Shown: positions 15,401 to 27,714 of the stretch, in pieces
How positions within the stretch are numbered: the first letter of the stretch is position 1
How the letters are laid out: every line of letters starts with the position of its first letter
NCBI GenBank assembly: GCA_002245135.1
Contig: NGBS01000591.1
Coordinates: 1 to 64,000 of the forward strand
Origin: Proteromonas lacertae
Lineage: Eukaryota
Direction: 5' to 3'
Length of the DNA stretch: 64,000 nucleotides
The notes under the pieces: generated by a model
Told to the model about the DNA's origin: nothing
Databases searched by the model: none
Seen by the model: only the letters and a program-made list of their open reading frames with translations
Made by a program: the position numbers and the translations under genes

Positions 15401-16538
15401 TATTATTATAATTAATTTATATAAATAGACAGTTGAATTGGATGTAAAAGTTCCAGCAACGCATACAAATGAACAAAGAGTGCATGAATATTTATTACAT
15501 ATAATATACACAAATCTGTATAATTTAAATCTTTATATATTTGATTAGACAATATGCTCACAAACATATAGATAATAATCCAGTTTTATTCCAGCAAATA
15601 ATCATACCTTATCACTTAGTAAACTTGTCAAATGGAACACTAAGACCAGCAAGTGGTTTAGAAAAAGAATCAAATGAGAAATTAAAAAGACTTTACAATT
15701 CCACAATTGATGTAATGAATCAAGTTATTACTCATATTATGATTCCGAGAATAAACAATCCATCAGTAAAATCAGATAATAATGATAATAATAACAATAA
15801 CAATACAAGAACTACATCAAAGAGAGATTCAATTGTAAATGTTACAACTCCAGTTCAATCATTAAGTCAGCAATTGTATATTATAATATTTATCATAATA
15901 ACTATATATATATAGAGTTGAATTAGGTCAAGTTAAATATAAAGATGATAAATTATATTATCAATTAGATATTCCACCAATATTAATACATCCAATATCA
16001 AAAGAGATTTGGTCATTTTTACCAGCACAATATAATACTCCTGAAAGAATAAATGAAATGCAAAGAGCTGTGAATTATGTAAATAGACAAATAAAAGTAT
16101 AAAGTATTTTGTTGTTATTATTTAATTAGAGATTAAAACCAACTATTGATCCAAGAATAATCAAAGATAATATTCAAAGACAACAAGATAATTCTGACAT
16201 TCATCAAATACAACCATTACCATATGCGTTTGATGATTATGCTTCTCATCCAGATGTATTTATTGTTTTATATATTATCCTATAAATAGTATAATCCTAA
16301 GGAAGTAGAAGAGTTAATGAAACAATTGAAAGAAAAATTATCATTCATTCATACTTTAAGAAAAGTAAATCCATCAATTTTCAATAATATCAAACTGCCT
16401 CAAACTATGGTTAAAAATGACTGTGATCTAATACAAGAAACAGATTTAGAGACATTCCCTGTGAGTTATTTGAGATTGTTAAAAGAGAATCTGGAAAGTA
16501 TTATCAAGCAACTATCAGATTTAAAAATTTCAAATTAA
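12454..16538 (+). CDS. Large multi-exon helical repeat protein of unknown function (related to the divergent neighbour's C-terminal part)
   Basis: Three YPHY(P/E) repeats (exons near 12646, 13140, 13760) and about five (L/I)(Y/F)xxLxIP repeats (14680, 15160, 15541, 15950, 16317), with short introns between ORF pieces. Confidence 0.65.
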
Positions 16539-16654
16539 TTATTCTTATTTTCATGTTAAATGTTGTGTTTCTTTCAAATAGCCCAATATAGAAATATGTA
16601 TTAACAGCATAATATATAATCAAAATATACACATACAAACATTCTAATTATATC

Positions 16655-17191
16655 TCAAGGTACTAAAGTCTGTATTCCTATTTCTGCTATTTTTGTTTCT
16701 AAACGAGGAAGAAGAGGGAATGCTGCTTGTAGATCTTGTACAATGTTATTCGTTTGACTTGCAAATTTCTGAAACAAGCTATAATTGTCGTTGAACCTTC
16801 CTGATAGTATCTATTTCATTATAAAGTGTTATTATAAATAGAATACATTTCCTCTTATCTCAGTAAGCAGTTTTGAATTATCTTGTATAGCAGTGTGATA
16901 ATGATTTAATGTTTCACTCTCTTCAATTGATATATTTGGTACTTGTGACTAACAACTAGATGTAGCGAATATACCTTTAATTCACATATCTTGATGACTA
17001 TTTCTCTGATCGATCTTCCTGGTAATTCTTTAGAAAGACTAACATATTTCATAGGATCTCCTAACATCTGAAAATGCTCACTACTACATAATGACAAAAT
17101 CATACGTTTTTAAAGCATTCAATAGAATATTTATTTCACTTTCATTCCAAGGTGCAGGAGTCTTCACATCTAATGCTATGTTAATACTCAT
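16655..17191 (-). CDS. Small Myb/SANT-like protein (DUF3755-like architecture), with introns
   Basis: PAPWNE..KYVSLSKELPGRSIREIVIKIC, then NSKLLTEIRGN..NDNYSLFQKF..TNNIV. Confidence 0.5.
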
Positions 17192-17254
17192 ATCCTGTAA
17201 TTTTTTAATAAAATCAAAAACACCTCAAGCCAATAATCAAGCTTATAAGAAGAA

Positions 17255-20109
17255 ATGAGTAAATCTGAGTTTGACGTTGTTCTTTCAGCAATCGATAAGA
17301 ATTTTTGTGATACAACAGCAGAAAATTACAATAGTACCGAAGTTATTGAGTATATATATTTTTATCATGATTTAGATATTTCAACAAAACATTCGCAATT
17401 GATCCAGAAAAAGAAGAAAATTTGGATTTTTTAAGTAATGTTCACACTTTATGTAAAGAAAGTCAAAAAGAAATTGAAGATATTAAGGAAAGGATGAATA
17501 AATTGGTTGAAGAATCTCGTAATTCAATATCTGAATTTGTAAATAGTGATAATATGTCAAATTTACTCAAAGATTCATCGTTATTGAAATATCCTTTTAG
17601 ATTTACTTTATTTAGTTAATCTTAATTGCTATTCACTGAAACTATAAATCAGCTAGAAGATATTAATAAGGAATGCTCTCCGATTTTATCAATTTCTACA
17701 AATATATCAAAATTTAAGAAATTGTTTCTATGTAATGAGTATATGGAATCAACCATTCAGATTGATAAAAGAACAAATGAATTGAGAAATCTCTTATTAG
17801 ATCCGAAGCCTGATATTAATGCTATTACACATTTATATGAAGATATAATAGCATTCATAAACTCAACAAAATGTCAATCATTACAAAATACAACTGTTAT
17901 TGTATGATTTTATATATTATTCAAATAATTTATGTATAGGTTGAGATAAATAATAGAATAAAATTACTTACAAATGCAATCATTGAATTGTATTCAAATG
18001 CATTATCCGATTCATTAAAGAAATATCTTTTTTTTTTCTAAATTTTATTGTGATTTAGTCGCTTAATTCTATTTCACAATTGATTATCCAATGGTTATTT
18101 CATATAAATCAATCGATTTGAAATCTATACCAGATTTTGAAATGATATTCAAAGAAATGATAACAGTAGAAAATTCAAAGTATTATGAAATAGAATATGA
18201 TATTCCACCATCATTTAGAGTATATATTTTCATATATATATATAAACAATAGATTTTCACTAATCCAATAAAGATAAGATTCGAATATAACTTTAGAGGA
18301 AATAAAGAAAGTAACAATATAGCAAGACCAGAGTGGTTTTTAGAATATATAACAACAGTAATCAAAGATTCAGAAGATTTAATTGTATCACAAATTCAAC
18401 CATTTTATTCACATTTATCATTTGATTGCTTTGTATATTATTTTAACTAATTCATTATTATTATTATTATTTTGTAATAGAAATCATTTATTGACATATT
18501 GTATGTATTATATGAGAATAAAATAAACTCAATTTATGATGATGATAATGCATCTTCAGCTATAATATGTCACTTAGTTGAAGAGATAATAGACCATGAT
18601 AAGTATATTAAACAAACATTTAATTATTATAATAAAGAATTGATTGATGTAGCTTTGAATGATAAAGTATATATTATTTTATATATAATATACTCAATTA
18701 GAACAAGAGTATAAGTTTTAAATCAATTAAAGAGGTTGTTATTGATTTATTACAGAAGAAATTTGATGATCCAACCATATATAGTATGGATAAAAATACA
18801 AAAACAAATAAAAACAGTAAAAAAGAAGTGGTGAATATATCTCCAAATCCAGTTCCAGCTAATTCTTCGCTTGTTTATTTATCATTGTTAAATACACTTT
18901 CATTAATATTATCAAATTGTAAGAATAATAAAATAGAGTTTTATAAAACTGTTATATATGCATATTTTCAAGAGTTTATAAATATAATACAGAAATATAC
19001 TCTCAAACAATTACATTTTTACAGACATTCTGAAGATAGTTCAAGCTTTTTACCACATGTGTTAAACGTAATTAGTGGCTTATCATATATTCAATATAAA
19101 CTTGTGTTATTATCTGATAATCCTATTTATTTAGAACTATCAACGGAAATGGATGAAAATGTATATTTTTATTATTATAATAATTGTATAGCATATACCA
19201 GTAACAGATGAATTTGATGATATTGATAAATCATCTAGAAATGAGAATGAACAAAAATCTTCATACTTCAATTCACTCTACTCAATATTACATAAAAACT
19301 CAAGTAAAGAAATAATGAAAAGAAAATTGCCTGTATTTATAATAATAATAATATTGATTTAAATTTATGATTATTATATAGACAAGTTATATAGAAAGTG
19401 AGTATGGTTTTTTTTACAGAGAATACTCAATAATAGAAAGAATGAAATCTAATATTATTGAAGATATAATGAAACAAATTGAAAGAAATATCTCAAATTC
19501 GTTTTACAGTTATAAGAATAGATCAAGACAGTTTAATTCATTAAGAAGTATTGATATACTTCCAGTAAGTGTTGAGTTTGTAGAAGGGTTATTATATATT
19601 AAGAATGTTATTAAGAAACTACAAGAATATAGCTATAAAATGTTATATGAAAAACTATTAAAAATGATTGGTAATATTTTAGAAATAATAATATATAACA
19701 TTGCTGTAGAATATAATTCTTTCAATATTGTATATGTTAATGCATATTTATTGATATAGAATGGAGGAAATCAATTTTCTAATGATGTTTCCAGTCTTAT
19801 TGGGTTATTTCCAGATAATATTTACAAATTTGAAGTATAGAATTTATTTATTTATTATCCATATTATTAGAAATTGATAGAAATTTGTATTATACTCAAA
19901 CTTAAACCAAATAAGTTAAAACAATTATTGAAGACATTTGAAGATTTAGATCTGAAAGAAACAACCAAAGAGAATGATCCAATTTTCATTCAATTGAAAG
20001 ATATTTTAGTATATATTAGATTAATACTCATTTTATATAGTCTACATTTAATATAAATTATACCACACCAATAGAAGTATATCATTTAATTAATAAGAGA
20101 GAAGATTAA
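17255..20109 (+). CDS. RINT1: RINT1/TIP20 family ER-Golgi tethering subunit (many short introns)
   Basis: IRFEYNFRGNKESNNIARPEWFLEYI matches the family motif RFxYHFxGxxxTNxxxKPEW; C-terminal F..NGGNQF..DV. Confidence 0.75.
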
Positions 20110-20403
20110 TATAGTTATTTATTTTGTTTGTATTACTATTCAAATCAAGTCGCTAATTAGACTTTTAAATATATAAATATATTTCAAACAGCTTTATTAT
20201 GATTATAATGATTAGTTCAAAGTAGAATTATAATTTATATAAGAATTCTATACTATTCATTAAAATCTATTTTGAAATATACAGAAAATCTTTAAGTATA
20301 TAAAAAATGTCATCCCCTGTTAATCCGCAAGAAATCATTGATTTAACAAATATATTTTTTAATAGCACATTTCATCATCGTTTTAACCAATTACGATGAT
20401 GAA

Positions 20404-20646
20404 ATGCCGAAAAAGCGTAGTTATCCAAAATGTCTACTAACTGATGTGTCAACATATCACCACATACCAGAAGATGCTGATAATATACACTGGTTATTAG
20501 GAGAAATTGGTAAACCTGGTATGGATCTAGAAACAGATTCTTGTATATACTATACTGTACAGAGAATAGTAAAAAATATACAAGAATTACATAATAAGAT
20601 GAAAATGTACTTAATTGATACAGGAGATTTAGATGAATGGAAGTAA
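20404..20646 (+). CDS. Intronless hypothetical protein (80 aa)
   Basis: ATG-to-TAA ORF with coding-like composition; no motif recognised. Confidence 0.45.
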   Translation: MPKKRSYPKCLLTDVSTYHHIPEDADNIHWLLGEIGKPGMDLETDSCIYYTVQRIVKNIQELHNKMKMYLIDTGDLDEWK

Positions 20647-21025
20647 TTGCTTATAATTAGATCTAATATAATATTATTGTTAATGTCATCATGTTATGTA
20701 TGAATATATAAACATTTTGTCTTAAAACATTCATGAACAATAGTTATCTTTAATTATTAACAAATATTCACTTCATATTCATCTTCCTTATTTCTATCAT
20801 ATAATAATAATGAAAGAAAGGTGGTTATGTATACCTATACATAACCCCCTATTGTTTTTCCGTTTCAAAAAATATCCGTTTTATAGAATACATAACCCCC
20901 TATGTGTTTTTTGTCCGTTTCATAATCAAACCATAATTCAAGCTTACATTATTTTTTCGCTTTTCTGTTTGAATTTATACAAAAATAATTATTCCATTTG
21001 AATCCTCATCTTATGATTAATCTAT

Positions 21026-21464
21026 TTATGTACTATCTTCTTGTTTTTGGTTTTCGGTTGAAATGTTTTTTTGATTTATTTTCTTTCTTTTGAATCTTGG
21101 AATTTTAGATGTACTGCACTTTCTTTTTGTGGATATCACCTTTAACAACTTGTTGTTGTTGTCATCATCATCATTATAATCATCATTATCCAGATTATCA
21201 AACAACGATGCTATAAAGACTTTACTACTTACTATACTTTCAGCAGTACTTCTGTAAACTATATCTGCTTTCGAATTCTTGTTTTCTTCTTTTTCACATT
21301 TTGCTAATTCTGTTTCAGATTCAGATATTTCTTCTAGATCATCACTATCATTACTATAAATAATTTCAATAACATTGTTGTTGTTATCATCCATCTTGTA
21401 TGGGTAATCTTGACATTTGTCTCCATCTCCCCACTCAGTTATGTTTTCTTCAGTTAGTGACTTT
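21026..21464 (-). pseudogene. Acidic/basic hypothetical ORF whose 5' end was separated by the 21465-25752 insertion
   Basis: Removing the insertion and one ACTTT restores an open frame IDRKLDYIYCSLK|SLTEENITEW from about 25790. Confidence 0.55.
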
Positions 21465-21693
21465 TGTTGTGCGCCGTTTGTCATAGTTGGCCGTTTGTCT
21501 ACCAGACACTTTTAAAACAAACTAAATGTATATTCTTACTTGTCTTGATGAAAAATTGTTACTTTTATACTTACTTTGTTATATGACCTACCTCTGCAGT
21601 ATACTTTTCTGTTATTATAAATAGTTAGAATATATGCGCCGTTTGTTTTTTAGAATTTTTTGAAACAAACTAAATGCATATTTAGCTAATATA

Positions 21694-24600
21694 GGGATCT
21701 TTTGTTTTGGGTGGCCACTCAAAATTTGGACACCCTATTTCTAGAGGTGTTTCAACCTCAATACTCATATTTATCTTACTATTATCATAAAACTAAGCGT
21801 TTCTGAACTTATCTTTGTATTTCGTTAACTTTCAATTCACACATTATGACATTATTTTTAAAATTTGAGCACCTCATGGTCCAGACTATAGAGCATAATA
21901 ACTGCATCTTGGATCTCCAATTTTTATTTATATATTATGCTTATTGAATGAGAGTGCTCAAAAAATAACAAGAATCGACACAAACATAAGTTTGATCATT
22001 TTTTCAATTTTTATTTTTTGAGCACCTGCCTCCTATAGGAAGTAAGGGCTCAATATAATAATATATTATGTGTATATGATGATTATTAAACTTATTTATT
22101 TAATAATATTAATCAAATTTTCGTAATCTAGCTATTTCCTTAATTATTTATAATTGATTTATATGCATAATAAAATAATACACATATGTAACACATAATA
22201 TTTATATATACCTATTTATACTTTTATCAAACATATTTGTAAATATTTCTAATTATAAACATACAAAACACTAACAGATGCATATTTATTTGTTACTCAA
22301 TGATAATTTAACCTTTGTCTTAAAAATCAAATCAAAAATCCATAATAACATCAATGTGTCTTTTTTCTCAGTTTGCATAGCTTCTACTATAGCTAAATTT
22401 GCACCTTCTTCTACTACTTTACCTTCTTTATTAATACATCTATAAAACTGCCAGTCATTGAGACAAGCTAAAAATTTGGAATGATTTGCTTCAGGTTTTG
22501 GAATCATGCTTTGATAATTTGCTTTCTAAAGCATTTCTTACATCTATAGTGAAGTTACCTCCATAACCTTCTACTAATCTTTTCATATATTGTACAGCTA
22601 CTTCTTTAACTTTGTATAACTTTTACTTTATTAAATCACCTATTTTAGAAACCTTTGTATGTTTAAAACAGAGTTAACTTCTACATCACCACATAATCTC
22701 AATACTATTTTTATTTCTTTTCCATTCAATAAACAAGTCTCAATTATCACTTTAACAAGTACATTGGTCTTATGACGTTCCACTACAATAGGAATAATTT
22801 CTTTATTTTAATATTTTTAGTCATTTTCTTTTAATTCTACAACAATAGCCTTATCTGAGCTATCCAGCGTTATCTTTTATAAATATTTTGGCTTCCTGCA
22901 ATTTTATCTCTGGAGTTGTTACATCTAGTTGTTACTCTCCTCATTTTTACTTTCTTTCATTATTTTACCATTTCTACTGTCTGATTTATCTTCAAGAAGA
23001 TGGAGCTAAAGGTAAACAACTTTTATTATATCTATTGTACCCTATATTATGTAGAAAATAAAGAATTACGTCGTTGTTTCAGTTCTTATCACCGAATATG
23101 GTTAATATGTGTATTATGTGTACATTCATAATCATCTCCATTTCTTTTACACAATTCGTTATAAAATACATCTATTTCTTTAAATAATTGAAAATCTTAT
23201 TCAAGCTTTAGTTTGAAAATTCCATTTATTTTCTAGTTTATTAGGTTATATCGTATGGATATCAATATTATTTTGTATATAAAAAATGTATTTTTACAGT
23301 AGGAATAGAATGGGCTCCAATTAATACTACTTTAAGGTGGATTTTAAGAATAATGGTTGTGGAATAGCTATCAATGATAATTCTGCTAATTTATATTTTA
23401 GTACACTTAAGTAGTTTAATAGTATGTTTTATTTATATATAAATAGCGTTTGCAATAAATAAAGAGAAATTAGTGGAAGCAAAGAATAAATACCTATGAA
23501 AGCAATATGAATGAATGAATGACGAATCAGATAATGATAATTATAGCGTAAAAGGAAGAAATCCATATTTGTGACACTCTTTATAATCCTCTGAATTATG
23601 TTGGTTAGTTGAAACATACCCAACAAAACATTCATCAAAAGAAGAATATTTGTGAATATTTAAAATCGCTTATTCATTTGCTTGAAACTAATCGAGTGAG
23701 AAGAATTGGATATAGTGTAAGTAGAATAGTTAAAGTTGATCAAAAATGTGAATGAAGTCAAATACAACATGATTTTGATTATTATTAACTGCATCTAAAT
23801 AATTTAAAATTATATCAAACAAAATTTAGCATAATCCATCAAAAGTATGAAGGAAGTAAATATACTATTCGTAAAATGTATTATATAGTAACATCAACAC
23901 AATATTACTATGTTGCAGTAATGAAGACACTAGAACCAAAAAATTAAGTGGAACTATAGATTATATTGTTTTAATCATCCATTTTCAAGATATTACTAAA
24001 GGTGAAACAATAGGAACGATTCTATTCAAATATCAAGTAATAACCATTGAATTACCATTTGATAGAGAGATAATATTTAGTGTAGCAAATCAAGATTAAC
24101 AGATGGTGGTTTAGATAAAAGTGAAATAAAATTGTAAGAAGCCAAAATATTTATAAAAGATAACGCTGGATAGCTCAGATAAGGCTATTGTTGTAGAATT
24201 AAAAGAAAATGACTAAAAATATTAAAATAAAGAAATTATTCCTATTGTAGTGGAACGTCATAAGACCAATGTACTTGTTAAAGTGATAATTGAGACTTGT
24301 TTATTGAATGGAAAAGAAATAAAAATAGTATTGAGATTATGTGGTGATGTAGAAGTTAACTCTGTTTTAAACATACAAAGGTTTCTAAAATAGGTGATTT
24401 AATAAAGTAAAAGTTATACAAAGTTAAAGAAGTAGCTGTACAATATATGAAAAGATTAGTAGAAGGTTATGGAGGTAACTTCACTATAGATGTAAGAAAT
24501 GCTTTAGAAAGCAAATTATCAAAGCATGATTCCAAAACCTGAAGCAAATCATTCCAAATTTTAGCTTGTCTCAATGACTGGCAGTTTTATAGATGTATTA

Positions 24601-25337
24601 ATAAAGAAGGTAAAGTAGTAGAAGAAGGTGCAAATTTAGCTATAGTAGAAGCTATGCAAACTGAGAAAAAAGACACATTGATGTTATTATGGATTTTTGA
24701 TTTGATTTTTAAGACAAAGGTTAAATTATCATTGAGTAACAAATAAATATGCATCTGTTAGTGTTTTGTATGTTTATAATTAGAAATATTTACAAATATG
24801 TTTGATAAAAGTATAAATAGGTATATATAAATATTATGTGTTACATATGTGTATTATTTTATTATGCATATAAATCAATTATAAATAATTAAGGAAATAG
24901 CTAGATTACGAAAATTTGATTAATATTATTAAATAAATAAGTTTAATAATCATCATATACACATAATATATTATTATATTGAGCCCTTACTTCCTATAGG
25001 AGGCAGGTGCTCAAAAATAAAAATTGAAAAAATGATCAAACTTATGTTTGTGTCGATTCTTGTTATTTTTTGAGCACTCTCATTCAATAAGCATAATATA
25101 TAAATAAAAATTGGAGATCCAAGATGCAGTTATTATGCTCTATAGTCTGGACCATGAGGTGCTCAAATTTTAAAAATAATGTCATAATGTGTGAATTGAA
25201 AGTTAACGAAATACAAAGATAAGTTCAGAAACGCTTAGTTTTATGATAATAGTAAGATAAATATGAGTATTGAGGTTGAAACACCTCTAGAAATAGGGTG
25301 TCCAAATTTTGAGTGGCCACCCAAAACAAAAGATCCC
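21694..25337. mobile_element. Foldback/Pack-MULE-like element with ~1.2-kb near-identical TIRs (21694-22895 and 24138-25337)
   Basis: Termini GGGATCTTTTG..CAAAAGATCCC; 9-bp TSD GCTAATATA at 21685-21693 and 25338-25346; no intact transposase inside. Confidence 0.88.
22286..22890 (-). pseudogene. Degenerate TCTP-like gene fragment inside the left MULE arm (mirror copy at about 24140-24746, + strand)
   Basis: QYMKRLVE..KFLACLNDWQFY..EGANLAIVE..LMLLWIFDL resembles the TCTP C-terminal half; contains stops and frameshifts. Confidence 0.35.
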
Positions 25338-25814
25338 GCTAATATAGACTAAAATACATAAGCTAAAATAATTAGAATATAATAATTATTAAATCTTTCT
25401 ATATAAAAAAAAATGTAAAAATAGGCTTGAGTGAGGCTTGATTCAATATTTTCTTTTTTCATTTTAAATGTCACATGATCAACATTAAGTTGTTCTAATC
25501 ATTTCAGATAATGTATTTTAGTCTATATTAGCTAAATATGCATTTAGTTTGCTTCAAAAATTTCTAGAATACAAACGGCGCAAATATTCAAACTATTTAT
25601 ATTAACAAAAAAGTATACTGCAGTGGTAGGTCATATAACAAAGTAAGTATAAAAGTAAGGCTTTTTCATCAGGACAAGTAGGAATATACATTTAGTTTGT
25701 TTTCAAAGTGTCTGGTAGACAAACGGCCACCTATGACAAACGGCGCACAACAACTTTAATGAGCAGTATATATAATCCAATTTTCTGTCTATCTATAAAA
25801 AATAATATAATATA

Positions 25815-26108
25815 TTATAAATATACAATAGACTTTGGATTTGATGGTAAATAGTTAAAACAATACAGAAAATTGGACTTGAAGTCCCTGTAGTACTGTA
25901 TTCTGTCACGAGAATCGTAGATCCAAAATGTTTTAAAATGGCTAATCATTGTATTCATATTTGGAATATACTTATATCTGCTTAGTTCTCTTTGTCTTTT
26001 CATGATATCATTCAAATTGTATACTACTATATCAAACTCAGGGTCATCGTGATAGTATTTAATCTTCACTCTGTAGATAATCTCTTGTTTCAAGATTATA
26101 CGTGTCAT
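25815..26108 (-). CDS. Intronless hypothetical protein (element 1)
   Basis: 97-aa ATG ORF; no motif recognised. Confidence 0.5.
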   Translation of the reverse strand: MTRIILKQEIIYRVKIKYYHDDPEFDIVVYNLNDIMKRQRELSRYKYIPNMNTMISHFKTFWIYDSRDRIQYYRDFKSNFLYCFNYLPSNPKSIVYL

Positions 26109-26499
26109 AATTCTATATATAAATTAATTAAAAAAATACATTAAATACAAGTGTATTAATTATGTACTTTTTATAAAGAATGAATTGACTTTAGCTAACT
26201 ATAATTTATATATACTTACTAGGGTATATACCCATCTTAATTATATCAATATCTCATTTCAGGCAATAATCTAAATCATCTTTGATTATGAAACATATAT
26301 GAAATCTAACTATATCAATCGATTGCTCATGATATGCCATATAATAAGAAACACATCAGATTATTCATTACGTCAATGGATCGTGAGATATTTTTTTTTA
26401 ACAAACCTCAAACATTTGTATTACTAAACAAACAATAACTTTATTGATTAGACCCATAAAAATTTAATAATATATATAATAGCAAAAAATACAAAGAAT

Positions 26500-26994
26500 A
26501 TGCCTGACCATTTAACATATAATATGCTTAGACAACCTAACGGTGAATATGCTTTTTACATTCATAGATATAGAGACAATAGAGCACATAGATGGGTCAT
26601 TCAATTTCCAATTAAAACAATGAAAATATTAAAAAGAAATAAAGTAAAGGTGTTTATATGTGGTTCACTCAGAACTAATAGAAATGATCCAGAAGTACTA
26701 GGTGATTATAGACATCATGGTGATCAATTAATGATAAACCTCAAAACCTATGGGTATAACAGAAGAGCTTCAATATTAGTAATGAATAGAAAATTAAGAA
26801 ATGGAGAACATGAGTATGCAGATGGTGATTGTATTCCTCAAAAATTTAAAAAATATGTTTTTCATCATATGAGTTATCAATGGAATGGAGGGAATTTTTA
26901 TCACATACATCCAGGTGATAGAAATGTTGCTGATGGAATTAGTAGTAGTAGTAGTGATAGTAGTAGTAGTGATAGTAGTAGCGACTCTGATTAA
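26500..26994 (+). CDS. Intronless hypothetical protein with Ser/Asp tail (element 1)
   Basis: 164-aa ATG ORF; AGT triplet repeats encode the SSSSSD tail. Confidence 0.7.
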   Translation: MPDHLTYNMLRQPNGEYAFYIHRYRDNRAHRWVIQFPIKTMKILKRNKVKVFICGSLRTNRNDPEVLGDYRHHGDQLMINLKTYGYNRRASILVMNRKLRNGEHEYADGDCIPQKFKKYVFHHMSYQWNGGNFYHIHPGDRNVADGISSSSSDSSSSDSSSDSD

Positions 26995-27098
26995 ATACTT
27001 AAAAATTCTATTATTATTATATATGTTTGTTTTTGTTTGATAAACATACTATTAATAGTTACTATATTTTAAATAATATCAATTATAAAAATCACAAC

Positions 27099-27470
27099 AT
27101 GTCTTATTATGGAGGATGGCCAAAAGGGTTTAAAATTAGTAAAGACTGGAATACATATATTCCTAAATCAGTTAACAGGAGTAAATGGAGAAAGAGCTAT
27201 GATTTGTATAGAGACAAAGTAAAGAATGCACTACAAAACAAAACAAAAGTTAAATTACAATATAGACAATTAATGAAAATGTATGAACGATTATTAGCTG
27301 CTAATCCACCTAAACAAAGAGGAAGAACAAAAGGAAGTAAAGATAGAGCAAAACGTAAACCAAGACGAGCCGGGCCACGAGCCGCGCCAAAGAATGATCC
27401 ACATCGCATTGTTGTGCATAATGGCAGGCATTATCAGTATGGTATTCCAGTTCCAAATATGGATAATTAA
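27099..27470 (+). CDS. Basic, AT-hook-like putative DNA-binding/core protein (element 1)
   Basis: MSYYGGW..; K/R-rich with KQRGRTKGSKDRAKRKPRR, similar to the GRPKGSK AT-hook. Confidence 0.6.
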   Translation: MSYYGGWPKGFKISKDWNTYIPKSVNRSKWRKSYDLYRDKVKNALQNKTKVKLQYRQLMKMYERLLAANPPKQRGRTKGSKDRAKRKPRRAGPRAAPKNDPHRIVVHNGRHYQYGIPVPNMDN

Positions 27471-27581
27471 AGTAATTCTATATATATATTCTGTTTTTTT
27501 ATGTAATGTTATGTGTGTTTGTTTTTTTGGTGTTTGGTACTGCTATATCCGGCGGCCACTTGACAACTTGAATTGTAATAT

Positions 27582-27652
27582 AAGTTACAACTGGCGTCAG
27601 TTGTAACTTGAATTGTGATGTATCTTACAACTTGGGCCAGTTGTAAGATACA
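27582..27652. other. Two adjacent perfect stem-loops between convergent ORFs
   Basis: AAGTTACAACTG-gcgt-CAGTTGTAACTT (12-bp stem) and TGTATCTTACAACT-tgggcc-AGTTGTAAGATACA (14-bp stem). Confidence 0.85.
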
Positions 27653-27714
27653 AGTTTAACCAAAAGAAACATAATATAATATAATATAATATAATATAAA
27701 AAAGCGAAATAAAT

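Larger units (their letters stand above)
21465..25752. mobile_element. Non-autonomous Ginger/TDD-like MITE (about 630 bp net) with ~240-bp imperfect TIRs; carries a nested MULE
   Basis: Termini TGTTGTGCGCCGTTTGTCATAG / CTATGACAAACGGCGCACAACA; 5-bp TSD ACTTT at 21460-21464 and 25753-25757. Superfamily inferred from the TGT..ACA ends. Confidence 0.8.

Noticed and set aside
1..20109. Alternative genetic code or polyadenylation-created stop codons in host genes
   Set aside because: ORF breaks are explained by short GT..AG introns or homopolymer indels, and the host genes I could trace end in a genomic TAA or TGA.
26162..26427. Possible ORF in element 1 with one in-frame TAA (about 26272)
   Set aside because: Needs both a homopolymer correction and readthrough, with no motif; too weak to extend the recoding claim.
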